Shown: one piece after another, positions 1 through 13,942 of the stretch
Layout: each line of letters opens with the position of its first letter
Numbering within the stretch: the first letter of the stretch is position 1
Source: the human T2T-CHM13v2.0 reference genome, Homo sapiens
Strand: one strand, 5' to 3'
Length of the DNA stretch: 64,000 nucleotides
NCBI RefSeq assembly: GCF_009914755.1
Contig: NC_060932.1
Position numbers and translations under genes: made by a program
The notes under the pieces: generated by a model
Database searches by the model: none
Seen by the model: only the letters and a program-made list of their open reading frames with translations
Told to the model about the DNA's origin: nothing

Positions 1-2593
1 AAACTTCCCCATTAGTACTCTTGGCTCAAAGTTCCTGGCCTTGGGGAATAAATTTCCAGGCATGCTAGCTGTCTGCTTCCCTGCTAAAGAGTCTCCAGGA
101 GGCCAATGACAGTCCTAAAAAAAACAGACCAGGCAAAGCACACCTAAAAAAGAAATACGCAAGCTATGGCATATGACTCATTGAGCTATACAATATTTAT
201 CTAAGATGCCACAATATTCTCAGGAAGGAATGAACATAGTCTTTAAGTAATCTCTTGTGGAAAAGGGTTAAATGTGTTCTGTATGGCCTCCAGAAATTAA
301 ATAAAACTTCTGGGTAGAAGGAACATCAGGAAGGATGGAGTTGCCCTGAACATTTTAACAGAGTTCCTTATAAATGTGATAGCCTATGTCAGGATGTGGG
401 AGTCCATAATTCTTAGGTGTTTGGGATCATCCAACCAAAATAGTAGAGAATTAAGATGTGATTTCCATAGCTCCAAATGTAGCTCCTAATTTGTGATCAG
501 ACTAGACAATCAGTTGTCGTATTTGATTCTCTGAATATATTTTAAGAAGATGGTAATATCCTACTAACTACAAAATTTTAAACTTCTTTCCAAAAAATTG
601 CACTTGTATGAAAATAAGGTTTTTCTTATTAATTTTTTATTTTCCCTGCAACTCCTCACATTACATAGCCATCTTCTGGAAAAGTTTATGTCCAAGGTAA
701 TTTGGAGCTAAAAGAATGAAAACAAAACAAAAAAAAAGCACGTCCATATCTTCCTGCTTTTTTGTTTGCAGGGCTATGAAATAAGAAAATAAAATTTAAT
801 TAAATCCCAGAAGGAGATCATGACCCTATGTGGAGACCTTCTGAGAAAAAAACTTTCATTCTTTTACTGCTCTTTCCTCTGTCTTTCGTGTTAATTTTTA
901 AATAGCTTTGTATACTTAGGATCCTAGAAACATAAACATTTAGGTGTGGAGAATGGGCCTGTAAAGAAGAACTTGAGGGACTATCGTAAAATGTAAGTAA
1001 AGTTAAATTCCCTGACTGATCAAAGACACGGAGCACCACATCTCTTAGGAGATTTTACGTTTAAGAATTATGCAAATAGGACAGTCAGAAATTGAGAGAG
1101 ATGGGACAACCATTTTCTGTTTCTAATAGTCCATGTCCAATCCTTCAAACTGAGGCTTTATCAACTTTTTTTTTTCTAGAGAGCAGAAAATCCTCACTAG
1201 CAGGAGCTATTTAAACTCTCTGGCCTTGCACTGAAACTGCAGATTTGGCAGTAGCAGGTTTCAGCTGGATTTTCTGGGCAGTAAGTAATGCAGCAGCAAA
1301 TTTACTCTTTTTAATATAATGGCAACAGTCCTTGGAAGGAATGGGAATGACTTCAGGCAGTGCCAAATTTTAAATGAAAAAATCTAACTATAGCTTTTCT
1401 TTAGCTCTCTGGGAGCGCTCTGAATGATTGTGCGGGAAACCAAGGTTAAGGGTGACCTCAGCGGACTGCTTCGGTGAATCGCTCAAGGTATAGCTTAGGT
1501 CAGCTCACCCACACCTGGCCCCTGTGGAGGATTTGCAGTTCTGTGACAATGTGAGAAATACGAAATTTAAAAGCAACTTAGCTGGGTTGAACCAGTGTAG
1601 AGCTGGTATCAACTGAAGAAGGTTTACTCTGATCTCTGAGCCCTTGAGCTACTGCAGGAGAAATAATCAGAGTTATAAAGTATATACCTAACTTACTGTG
1701 TAAGCCAGGCAGCTAGCTCTTGTGGGCCTTTCTGAATCCCATACCAGGCAGGGGTGAGTCACTGAAGAAGCAAAGGAGACATCATGATACACATTCATCA
1801 TTGTGTGGGTGTCAGAGGAAAACAGCTGCTTATTTCTGATTTCTTTTCTCACTCTGCAACCTTCTATCCCTTGACCTTCCCATCTCCACTACACCTTAAG
1901 AATGAATCTTTTTATAAAAGCAGACTCATTTGCATATAATAAAGTATATCTCAGGTAATCGCTACCAATTTGAAAGTATATTTTTGGAGCAGATGGCATA
2001 ATCTGGACCTAACTATTCTTAACACATGCCAGAGGATGTCCAGAAAATTCATGGGATAGGGTAGCAAAAGATCTCTTTGTAAAGGGGATGGAACTCTAAG
2101 TGAACAGGAAGCAAGAACAGAATTAAAATGCTAGTAAACTTGAAGGCAATGTACAACACATGCACATACAACTCTGCCTTGGGACTCCCATCAAAAACTG
2201 TAAGAGAAAAGGGGAAAGTGGCTTTCCCCTCCCTTGTTTTCAGGCAGTCTTTCAGTTTTGCACCTCGAGGGCTCAGTGCATCAGTGACGTGCCCAATCGG
2301 AGACTTCAGTAATTGTTATTAGAAGGTGACAGAGCTGGCGTCCATCTGGTGAAACAGTATCCAGAAAAAGGATCTGTGCTTCCAAGAAGATGCAGCAATA
2401 CCCAGCCGGAACAAGAGCAGAGCTCAAGATGCATGGCAGTTGCACAGAGGCAACAATGTCCGCTGGAGGCTGCAGCAGTGGTACCGTCTCTGCAAGGGAG
2501 CTGATCTAAAGTGATGTAGACAATTCTCTAATGGATATGCATGCTAAAACTTGGGCAAAAGGAGCTTTTCAGGGCTTTGAAGTATGGCATAAA

Positions 2594-3027
2594 TGATGGC
2601 AGCCGCAGCCCGTCTGGAGCAGCTGCTGCCATGATGCTGGCTGCAGTGGGAGGTGCGGCCGGGGTTGCATGCTCCATGGAGTGCCAGCCATGGAAGCTGC
2701 TTGCGGTACAAGTGGTCCAGCCGCAGCCTCACAGGGAGCCAGAGCCCATATCAGCGGCTGGAGCTGCCCACCCTGCCACAGCTGGTGTGCCTGGCTGTGC
2801 GCAGTGGCCGGACCCCACATTTGTTCGCTCACACACCCCTCAATGCTCCGTGCCTGGCTCGTCCTTGGCAGGCGTGAGATTCGGGCTGGTACCACGAGCA
2901 GAGCACAGCCTGCCAGGCTGAGTGGGCAGAACGAGCCCGGCAGGCCCAAGTAAAAACTCAGGCAAAGGCGTCACTGGCCACAGAGATTTCTAGCTGATGA
3001 AGTGACATCCCCAAATATCCTGTGACA
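2594..3027 (+). mobile_element. MER52-family (ERV1) solo LTR with large internal deletion
   Basis: Starts TGATGGCAGCCGCAGCCCGTCTGGAGC and ends CCTGTGACA, matching the recalled MER52A termini. TG...CA ends with a 4-bp TSD TAAA (2590-2593 / 3028-3031). GC-rich. Only 434 bp; the 5' and 3' parts are fused near 2681. Confidence 0.8.
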
Positions 3028-4984
3028 TAAACAAATAGAGGAAAGAGTCAAAAAGTAATATGTTGTTCTTCTTATCAACATGAATTCATGGATATGCACT
3101 GGTGGATTAGGACTATGAAAACAAAACAATGTTCCCTAGTCACCAGGTAAACACAAATTAAAGCCACCATGAGATAGCACTACTCATTTGCAAAAACTGA
3201 GAAAACTGAACACCAAAACAAAGAGTGGCCCTTGCTTTACTTTGCACAGTTTGACTAGGTGACCTGGGATTCCTTTCTTTCACACAGGCTTCCATGAACA
3301 ATGGGAAATGGTACAGAATCTAATCACAGAAAAAGAGCCATGGGAGGAAGCCAAGCGCACAGACCTCGCAGCAATTCCCTTTAACAGGCTACTGGAGCAA
3401 AATAGCAAGAGAGGATCACTAGCATACCATGCCAAGGTGGAAGCCCCTCTAGTTCCAAACTCTACAAGGAATAAAGTGATTGAAATGGTTACTAACCTGG
3501 TCAATATCAACACAAACAAACAGAACAGAGCTAGCAGTCACCACCAACAAAGTGTCCGTATTCTGTGTGTATCAGTGCTGCTTATTCCAGGCAAACCTTC
3601 TAGATACCCCAGGTTTTACTACCCCAATGCTTTCCCAGGAAATGCAACACTGTACCAGGTAACATCAAAGAAAAATTCCTAAAGATTGTTTCCTCAAGAA
3701 AAAGAAATAAAATATCTTTGGAAGCAGAAAATAAAATATGTAAGCATTTGGCCTACATTTTTTAAGTTCTTTCCATGAATAATATATTTATCAGTAAAAT
3801 AAAAGATGTCAAATATTGTTTCATCATTCTAGGTAGACTATAAAAATGATCTCATCTTATTTCTCCTGTCAGATATAAAATGTCACTTCTATGTCTAAGT
3901 ATGAACATAGTAGACTCACTAGATACGCAGTGGGAAATGGCTACTGTTGCCCTTTTCTGAGAACTCTTGAAGTACTTTTTGTTGACCTTAAAGTGACCTT
4001 ATTTTCCTCATTTTATAGATATTATAGATGAAGACATTATAGATGAAGCTTAGAAGGGTTAATATTCCAATAGACAATTTAATAATTAACAGGGAAAAGG
4101 GAGACCATGAAAAATAAATTTCAAAATACTGAAATAAAACAATGGATCAGCCTCCAAATGGCTTTTAAAGAAAAATTGTTTTTTTCCCATGATAAAGATA
4201 CATTTGCTTTATTTTCTGATTGTGAAAGTAATGTTTGCCCATTGTTACATTTTCCAGTAATCCATAAAATTATCCTACAAGGGTTTCATACAGAATTCCC
4301 AAAGTGATAACAATGCTGTAAAACTTTGTGGATTTACTTAGAGGAGGGTAAGTGATTGCATAGACTGGAAGCACCAGCCACCCTCTTCCCAAATGCAGCC
4401 CCACTGCTGGGCTTTGGGACCTTATGGTGACACAACTCCCAAGTATAGTTTTTTGAGATCTTTTGAGTTTTGCCAAATCTTTTTTCCTCCCTTGAAAGAG
4501 CTGGCTTCTTTTACCAAAAGCATAAAATAGTACCTTTAGGGGAGGCAACCACAATGGGGAGCACCATGAGGAATGTGCTTGATTCTGTGCTTGACTCCTC
4601 TAGGGTAGGTTGTCCTTCGTCTATCGCTCAGGCCAAGGTGGAAGAGCATTAATGGATGCAGGACAACTATCCCACTACTGATTCCTACAAAACTCCAGAG
4701 ACACAGGATATTTTTGTTTAACAGTTTGAAAAGTAAAAGGATTTTACGAAATGAATTCAGCTCACCTATGAAATTCCTTTTTGTGGTGAAAATTGTCCCA
4801 GGTGAATTTATTAAACAAAAATTACCTCAAAGAGAGTATAAATTGATTACATTATTTTACATTGTAGAATTAGCTTTCTAAAAATGAGATCATCATCTAA
4901 GCAAACTTGCAAGCAACATACAACCTTAAAAGACTCGTATAAGATTAATATCCTATGATTCAACTATGTATATTGATGCCAAAC

Positions 4985-5210
4985 AAATTTACTGTGCTCT
5001 AGGCAGTGTACTCAGCACTCCACATGGTTGTTCATCGAATCTGCACAGCAACTCTACTGGGCAGGTAGGACTAACTTCACTTTAGATGTGGAAACCTGAG
5101 ACTTGGAGAAGTGAAACAAAATGTGTCTGAAATCACAAAACCAGTAGGTGGAAAGACCAGAATTCAAACCCAATATGACTCTGCAGCTCACATACTTGAT
5201 CACTGGGCCA
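4985..5210 (-). mobile_element. MIR SINE
   Basis: Reverse-complement MIR core (TTTAGATGTGGAAACCTGAG...GAATTCAAACCCA). Confidence 0.75.
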
Positions 5211-5429
5211 TTCAATGCAATATTAGACAAAGATGATCAGTAATTTTTAATTTTGTCTTTTTAAATTTTTTGTATTTTTAACAAATTAACATGACTTAAT
5301 TATATATTTCTAAATCAAATTTTATATATCTACTTTAATTAGACATTTAATGTAAGTATATATCCTTTTAAGAAATGAAATATTAGAGTTAATTCTCCCA
5401 TTTGACTATCTATTGAGAAACCTCAAGCT

Positions 5430-5769
5430 GTGTTCAGTGTGGGCTTATTATGGGAAAAAGTGGCAATAAACAGTCTTTTGCAAGATTTTTGTAGATGTAT
5501 ACTTTCATTTCCATTGACTAAATACCTAGAACTGGAATTACTGGGATAGAAAATGTATGTGATTAGTCTGAGAAGAAACTGCCAGATTGTTTTCCAATGT
5601 GACAGCACCTTTTATGAAACCAACAATAACGTGTGAGAGTTCTGACTGCTCTACACACTTTCTTGCATGTGGCATTCAGTTTTTTCAGTCTTAGCCATTA
5701 TGGTGAATGAATGGTACCTCATTATGGTCTTTATTTGCATTTCCCTGGTGATCAATAACTTTGAGCATT
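5430..5769 (-). mobile_element. Old L1 (L1M) fragment, ORF2 C-terminus
   Basis: Antisense L1 motifs (AAATACCTAG...GGAATTACTGGG, GAAACTGCCAGATTGTTTTCCA, TTTGCATTTCCCTG). ORF 5423-5608 resembles the end of L1 ORF2. Confidence 0.8.
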
Positions 5770-6320
5770 ACTATAAAGCTACTGTAATCAAGACAGCTTG
5801 GTATTGGTGAAAATATAGACACCGATCAATGAAACAGAATAGGCCTAGAAAAATACCCCCATAAGGATATTCAACTGATTTTTTATAACAGTGCATGGGT
5901 AATCAATAGAGAAAGTGTAGTCTTTTCAATAAATACTACTGAACAATTGGACATCCATATGTAGAAAAACAAAAAACAGAAAACTTGGATCCATACCTTG
6001 CATGACATTAATATATAAAAATATACTTAAAATGAATTAAAGATCTAAATATAAAACCTAACACCAGAAACCTTCTGTTAAAAATTAGAGGATAAAATAC
6101 TTATGACTTTGACTAGGCAAAGAGTTTTAAATATAACACCTGAAGCATGATGTATGAGAGGAAAAAAAAGATAAATCGGACTTTAGTATAAGTTAAAATA
6201 TTTATTATACAAGAGACCCTTTTAAGAGAATGGAAAGACAAGCTATATATTGGAAGAAAGTATTTGCAAATCACATTTTTGCGGAGAACTTTTAACCAGA
6301 AAACATATCAAGAATTCTTA

Positions 6321-6620
6321 GGCCAACATGGTGGCTCATGCCTGTCATCTCAGCACTTTTGGGAGGCCCAGGCAGGAGGATTGTTTGAGCCCACAAATTT
6401 GAGACTAGCCAGGGCAACATAGCGAAACCTGGTCTCTACAAAAAATACACACAAAAAATTAGCTGGGTGTGGTGGCACATGTCTGTTGTCCCAGCCACTC
6501 AGGAAGCTGAGGCTGGAGGGTTGCTAGAGCCCAGGAAGTCAAGGCTGCAGTGAGCCATAATCACACCATGGCACTCCAGTCCAGGTGACAAATGGAGACC
6601 CTGTCCCCACTCCAAAAAAA
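6321..6620 (+). mobile_element. AluJ
   Basis: Dimeric Alu with J-type diagnostics (GAGCCCAGGA, AAGGCTGCAGTGAGCCAT) and an A tail. Confidence 0.9.
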
Positions 6621-6659
6621 ATTATTGAAATGTAGCAATAAGTAAACAAATAATATACT

Positions 6660-8595
6660 AATGACATACTTCATTAAAACATTAAAAAGTCCTAAAATTT
6701 GTATGGAGCCACAAAATACCCTTAATAGCCAAAATGATCTTGAAGGAAAAGAAAAAATGTTGAAGTATCATACTACCTCACTTCAAAATATACTACAAAG
6801 CTATAGTAAGTAAAACAGCACAATATTGGCATAAAAATAAACACATAAAGAACTTAGAAATAAACCCTCATACTTACAGCTGACTGATTTTTGGCAAAAG
6901 CACTAAGAACGCACATTGGGGAAAAGACAGTCCTTTCAACTAAAGGTGTTCGGAAAACTGGATATCCACGTATAGAAGAATGAGACTACACCCCTATTTC
7001 TCACCATATACAAATATCAAGTCAAAATGGATTAAAGACTTAAATGTAAAACCAGAAACTATAAAACTGCTAGACGAAAGTATAGGGAAAATGCTCCATG
7101 ATATTGTCTGGACAAGAGTTTTTAGACAAGAACTCAAAAGCAAAAAAAGATAGATGGGATTTCATTAAACTAAAAAGCTTCTGCATAGTGAAGAAAACAA
7201 TCAATAAAGTAAAGACAAAAACCCACAGAATGGAAGAAAATATTTGCAAACTACACATCTGATTAATAGCACAAGGATTAATATGCAGAATATGTAAGGA
7301 ACTCGAATAACTCAAGGAAAAGGCAAACAATCTGATTTTTAAAATGAGCAAAAGATCTAAATAGACATCTCTCAAAATAAGCCATACAAACGGCCGATAG
7401 ATACATAAAAAGATGGTTAACATTGGGAAGCCAAAGTGGGTGGATCTCTTGAGCCCAGGAGTTCAACACCAGCCTGGGCAACATGACAAAATCCTGTCTT
7501 CAAAAAATACAAAAAGTAGCCAGGTGTGGTGGCATCCACCATTAGTCCCAGCTTCTTGGAGGCTAAAGTGGGACGATGGCTTGAGCCTGGGAAGTCGAGG
7601 ATGCGGTGAGCCATGATCACACCACTGCACTCCAGCCTGGGCTACAGAGTGAGACCCTGTCTCAAAATAAATGAATAAATAAATAAAAAGAGGCAGTTAA
7701 CATCATTAATCATTAGAAAGATGTAAATCAAAACCATAATTATATATTACCTCACCCCATTTAGAATGTTGATTATCAAAACAACAAAAGATAAATATTG
7801 GTGAAGATATGAAGAAAGAGGGAGGGAAACTCATATGCTGTTGGTGGGAATGAAAATCAGTACAGCTACTACGAAAAACAGTATGGGGGTTCCTCATAAC
7901 ATTACAAATAGAACTACCATGTGATCCAGCAATACCACTAGTGGGTATATATCCAATCCAAAAGAAATAAAATTGGATTGTTGAAGAGATATCTGCACCC
8001 TCATGTTTACTGCAGCACTGTCCACAATAGCCAAGCTATGGAATCAAACCAAGAGTCCATCAACTAATAAATGGATAAAGAAAAGTTGGTTATCTATACA
8101 CATTGGAATACTATTCAACCATACAAAGAATGAAATTTTGGCATTTGTGGCAACATGACTGAACCTGGAGAACATTATGTTACCTGAAGTGAGCCAGGCA
8201 CAGAAAGACAAATACCACATGATATCACTCATGTGCTGAATCTAAAAAGGGTGATCTCATAGAAATAGAGTAGGAGAGTGGTTACCAGAGGCTGGGGAAG
8301 GGAGGAAGAAGGGGTTGAGAAAAGATTGGTTAATGGGTACAAGGTCCCAGTTTGATACAAGGAAAAAGTTCTGGTGTGCTATTATGGAGAAGACTGATTA
8401 TAGTTAATGATGTTGTATGGCATATTTAAAAATAGCGAGAATAGAGGATATTGAATGTTCTCACATTCAAAACGATGAATGTTTAAGAGGATGGAAATGC
8501 TAAGTACCCTGATTTGATTATTACACCATATATATATTCAAACATTTCACGCTCCTGCATATGTATAATTATTACGTGTTCATTAAAATGAAATT
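6660..8595 (+). mobile_element. L1MA (about L1MA5-7), 5'-truncated, nested in the L1MC
   Basis: 3' part of ORF2 and an L1MA-type 3'UTR (GATCTCATAGAA...GTGGTTACCAGAGGCTGGG...TACCCTGATTTGATTATTACAC). Confidence 0.8.
7423..7690 (+). mobile_element. 5'-truncated AluJ inside the L1MA
   Basis: Alu sequence from TTGGGAAGCCAAAGTGGG to a (TAAA)n tail. Flanks AAAAAGATGGTTAACAT / AAAAAGAGGCAGTTAACAT look like a diverged TSD. Confidence 0.9.
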
Positions 8596-8626
8596 GTACA
8601 AACACGTCAATTATTATGTGTTATTG

Positions 8627-8690
8627 GTAATTGAAGTTTTAGCCATTAAATGTCATGGCAAAAAACGCAATTACTTTTGCACCAACCTAA
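8627..8690. mobile_element. MADE1 (Hsmar1-derived MITE), left terminal inverted repeat truncated
   Basis: ATGGCAAAAAACGCAATTACTTTTGCACCAACCTAA followed by TA is the Hsmar1/MADE1 TIR. The mirror arm GTAATTGAAGTTTTAGCCAT is partial. Confidence 0.85.
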
Positions 8691-10932
8691 TAGTTAAGAA
8701 TAATACAAAAATTTAAAAAAGGAAAAAACTCAACTGAAAAAGATGGATGATGAGAACAGATACATCATCAAAGAAGCTATAGAAATCCAAAGAGGTATGT
8801 GAAAAGATACTCAACATCACTGGGGAAATATTAGTCACTTTTACGGGAAAATAATTTAAAACCATAATGAGATACCCTTTGCAAATCTTTTGCAATGGCT
8901 TAAAAAATTAAATTTTAAGTGCTGGTGAGGATGCAGAGCAACTGGAACTTGCCTATATTGGTCAGAGTGCAAAATGGTACAATAGTGTAGAATACTATTT
9001 TTTTATTTTTTATTATTTTATTTTATTTTATTTACTATTTTTTATAGATTGTTTTTTCTATGAAGTTACAAATATACTTACCACGTCAGCAATTCCCCTT
9101 GTAGGTATTTAAGCAAGTGAAATAAAACCTTATACAAAAATCCGTATACAAATGATTATAGTAGATTTATTCATATTTGCCAAAATTTTGAAAGAACTTG
9201 AATATTATTCAGTTGGTTAATGCATAAACAAACTGTGTCACATCCACATAATGTAATGCAAAATACTATTTAGCAGTTAAAAAATGGATAAAATAATAAA
9301 ATGCATTTTGCAAAATTTAAGAAGTTATAGTCAAAAGACTGCACATTGTATGGCATTGCTTGTATGTCATTCTAGAGAAGGCAAAGCTATTGGGAGGAAA
9401 AATAGATCAATGGTTGACAGGAGTTTGGTGTGAAAAGGTTTGTTAACTACATGACTTCTGTGATAAATATACAATTCATTGCATATATCAAATCCCATAG
9501 AACTATCCATCACAAAAAGTAAATTTTAATATGTGCAAATTTTTTAAAAATCAACAACAATATGTGGGGGAAACCACGATGAATATGACTTGTAATAACT
9601 GAATCTAATGTATTAAAAATGAATAACAACCATACTAAATGGAATAGGGAGAAAATAATTAGCCTAAATTATTTTGGAAAAGAGTATTTTAACTGGATAC
9701 CATCAGGCTAAAGACAGAAAACAACATACTCAAATATAAAGACATACCTTGTTAGGACACTTGTATCTCACAGGGATATGATGTACTAATTTTGAAACTA
9801 CTTTATTTTTATACTAGATCTCATAAATATGTAAATTGTGTATAACAAGAGCCAGGTTTTTCAACTTTAAGATTTACAAATAAGACCCAGGAAAGAGTAG
9901 GCTAGAATGAACCAAGAGATATTTGATTGTAATCAGAAGTATCAATATGAACTTACAATCATCATATATCCATTCATGCATGCATGAGTGTGTAGTGTTT
10001 GTGTGTATATGTACAGATAAGAAAACAGGTATTTGTATGTGTGTATGAATGGGTTGCTATTTACACACATATTACATGTATTTCCAAGCTCTGTCACTGA
10101 GAATACCTGGAGTCACCATTCACTCCAGTAGCAATAAACACATCTAGCACCCAGATTTCGGTTATTATATATCATTCTAGAAAAATAAGGGAACCAAACT
10201 AGTTTTAGACATGAAGATTCAATGAGATGTCGGATACTGGATTGGATTCTGAACAGAAAAACATGCTCCTTGAAGTGGCCAATTTCTATTTTGGGGCAGG
10301 AAAAAAACAAGATTAACTTGAAACATCTTGTGGTACAAAGAGTAAAATAAATGCAAAGAACCCCCAAAAATGGCGACATTTAAATGTTGCAAAAGAGAAG
10401 CGCACCTGAAAGCGTTTCCAATGGTCAAAAGCTAAAACAATTTTTGATAGTATTGGATTACAACTTGTAGAATTTAATAAATATTCATGAGTTCTTACTG
10501 ATATAAATAATTGAATAAATAAATGTAGAAGGGACATCTCTTCATTACAAAAGAACACCAATTAATAAATGTAGAAGAAATGTGGGAAGTGGAAAATCAT
10601 CAGTACTACATTATAGTAATAATTGGTGAAGGCAGGATGCCAACATTAGCGGATAAAAGTTTGAAGAAAAAAAAAGGATATTTGCATGGCCTCAAGGGGT
10701 CTCCCTCAAGCTATTTATTAATTACAAGGGAAAAGTAGTAACCTTATAATGAATTAGCCCTGAAGGCATCACTTTAACCAAGTTTTTATTGTTAACATCA
10801 CCAGTAATAAGACATCAGGGTTATAAACCTCTTGATATTCTGCAATGAGAAAAGTACATCAGTTCTCTTGTATTCTTGCCAAAATACAAGCCCCCAATCC
10901 AATCTTGAGAAAACTTCAGCAAACTGAAACTG

Positions 10933-11120
10933 AGATATTCTACAAAGTAACTGCCCAGGACTCTTTCAAAGTGTCAAGGTCGTGAAAAACAAGGAGAAAT
11001 TAAGGAAAGATGATCATAGATTGGAGGAGACTAGGGGCATGTGAATACCAAATGCAATGTGGGTTGGAACTTGGAACAGTAAAAGGACATTAGTGAAATT
11101 ACTGGTGACATCCAGTTGCA
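10933..11120 (+). repeat. Donor of the local inverted duplication (copy at 17119-17318)
   Basis: Its reverse complement matches 17119-17318 with 3 substitutions and one 12-bp insertion in the copy. Confidence 0.95.
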
Positions 11121-12285
11121 TTCTTTAGTCTGGGCAATAGTATTTTACAAATGTAATTTCTTAATTTTTGTAGTTGTACAGCAGTTACATAAGATGTTAA
11201 CATGAGGGCAACCTGGGTGAAAGTTACATGGAAATTGTACTATTTTCATAACTTTTCTGTAAGTCTAAAATTATTTCAATATTTAAAAAACTCTGATCCA
11301 ATATGAAAACTTCAATTTCATGTAATTTAAAACCTCTTGTCCCTTCTTTCCCAATCCAGTATGAAGCCTTTGGTTTCTCCAGAGTTAGAAGAGGAAAGGA
11401 GAAAACGTAAGACTCTGAAAAGTATTTACTTGAGAGGTATGGTTGTAGTATCGCCTTAATAACACCGGGCTGTGGCAGATGACATCCAAATGCCATTTCC
11501 TTTTTCTCAATTACTTTTCTGCCAAAAAAAAAAAAAAAAATTCCCCTTGCTGGGGATCTCGTTTCTTTTGGCATGCGTGGATATAACTATTTATGGCTAC
11601 TACCCTCAGTGGCCACATCTGACAGTTCATCTCTAGCCTCTTTCAGCTGATATGAACTTGCTCCTGGCAGGAAACAAGCCCTGCTGGAGGGCTCCTTCCC
11701 AGGATAGCTCATTGCAAACTCTCTTTCCTTCTCTGGGAGATTTCCATTTTGCAGCCCCATTCCCAGGTGTAAGACCAGAATGGCATCAGGATTGTGTCTA
11801 GAGGACCAGCCCTAAATATTAAAAAGTGTCTTTTTTCTTATGCATCTTATCTCTAACAACAATAAAAAACCTTTAAAAGCTAGTAAGAGGTAGTAAATAG
11901 AATTAATTGTAACATACATATGAAAAATTATATTAATAGGCTTTTAGTGTATTGTGCTATTTTCAGGGTCTTATTTTAGGAAGCATAAAGAATCTTTATG
12001 CTCATTCTTGGCCCTCGTCCCTCTAAGCCAAGTTTCTGTATTAATGCATGGGAGTTCTCAGATGCATTACCTGAAAATATGTGACCAAAGAGCCTGCTGC
12101 TTCCTATCTCTCTGCCCCGTGGAGTCCTGACCACCCGTACCTTTGCTCAGAGGTGCTTCCCCCATCATGAATGCACGCCTGACTGCTGCTGTTTCTCAAA
12201 CATCTATGCTTAGAGCTTACTGCTTGATGCCTTATTTCAGGAGCCCCGTCATGAATTTTTAACCATCTTTTACAAAATGAAAAAC

Positions 12286-12590
<305 letters not shown>

Positions 12591-13942
12591 ACAAAACTAG
12601 ATGGGTGGCTGGCAAGATGGCCGAATAGGAACAGCTCCGGTATGCAGCTCCCAGTAAGATCAACGCAGAATGCAGGTGATTTCTGCATTTCCAACAGAGG
12701 TACCCGGTTCATCTCACTGGGACTGGCTAGACAGTGGGTGCAGCCCATGGAGAGCAAGCCAAAGCAGGGTGAGGCATCGCCTCACCCAGGAAGTGCAAGG
12801 GGTCAATGAACTCCCTCCCCTAGCCAAGAGAAGCCGTGAGGGACTGTGCCATGAGGAACAGAGCATCCCAGCCTAGACACTATGCTTTTCCCATGGTCTT
12901 CACAAACCAAAGAACAGGAGATTCATTTGGGTGCCTACACCACCAGGGCCCCGCGTTTCAAGCACAAAACTGGGTGGCTGTTTGGGCAGACACCAAGCTA
13001 GCTGCAGGAGTTTTTTTTCATACCCCAGTGGCACCTGGAATGCCAGCAAGACAGAACCATTCACTCCCCTGGAAAGGGGGCAGAAGCCAGGGAGCCAAAT
13101 TGTCTACCTCAATGGATAGCAACCCCAGGGAGCCCAGCAAGCTAAGATCCACTGGCTTGAAATTCTCACTGCCATCACAGCGGTCTGAAGTCGACCTGGG
13201 ACATTCATTTGGTGGGGGGAGGGGAATCCACCATTGCTGAGGCTTGAGTAGGCGATTTTCCCCTCACAGTGTAAACAAAGCCACTGAGAAGTTCAAACTG
13301 GGCAGAGTCCACGGCAGCTTATCAAAGCCACTGTAGCCAGACAGCCTTTCTACATTCCTCCTCTCTGAGAAGGGCATCTCTGAAAGAAAGGCAGGAACCC
13401 CAGTCAGGGGCTTATAGATAAAACTCCCATCTCCCTGGGACAGAGCACCTGGGGGAAGGGGCGGCTGTGGGCACAGCTTCAGCTGACTTAAACATTCCTG
13501 CCTGTCAGTTCTTAAGAGAGCAGCAGATCTCCCAGCACAGTGCTCAAGCTCTGCTAAGGGACAGACTGCCTCCTCAAGTGGTTCCCTGACCCCCGTGTCT
13601 CCTGACTGGGAGATACTTCCCAGCAGGGGTCGACAGACACCTCATGCAGGAGAGCTCCGGCTGGCATCTGGCGGATGCCCCTCTGGGATGAAGTTTCCAG
13701 AGGAAGGAACAGGCAGCAATCTTTGCTATTTTGCAGCCTCTGCTGGTGATACCCAGGCAAACAGTGTCTGGAGTGGACATCCAGCAAACTCCAGCAGACC
13801 TGCAGCAGAGGGGCCTGACTGTTAGAAGGAAAACTAACAAACAGAAAGGAATAGCATCAATACCAACAAAAAGGACGTCCACACAAAAACCCCATCCGAA
13901 GGTGACTAACATCAAAGACAAAAGGTAGATAAATCCACGAAG

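Larger units (their letters stand above)
5770..11290 (+). mobile_element. L1MC (L1MC3-like) 3' ORF2 plus long 3'UTR, interrupted by Alu, L1MA and MADE1
   Basis: Starts ACTATAAAGCTACTGTAATCAAGACAG and resumes colinearly at ~8700. Long L1MC-type 3'UTR ends TTTCTGTAAGTCTAAAATTATTTCAA followed by an A-rich tail. Confidence 0.75.

Noticed and set aside
2541-2953. Overlapping 94-126-aa ORFs on both strands
   Set aside because: They lie in the GC-rich MER52 LTR, where stop codons are rare, and have no protein-like features.
5430-6320. Head-to-head L1 pieces at 5769/5770 as a twin-priming inversion
   Set aside because: The sense L1 continues colinearly at ~8700 through the same ORF2 region that the antisense piece covers, and I found no TSD. 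Two separate old elements are more likely.
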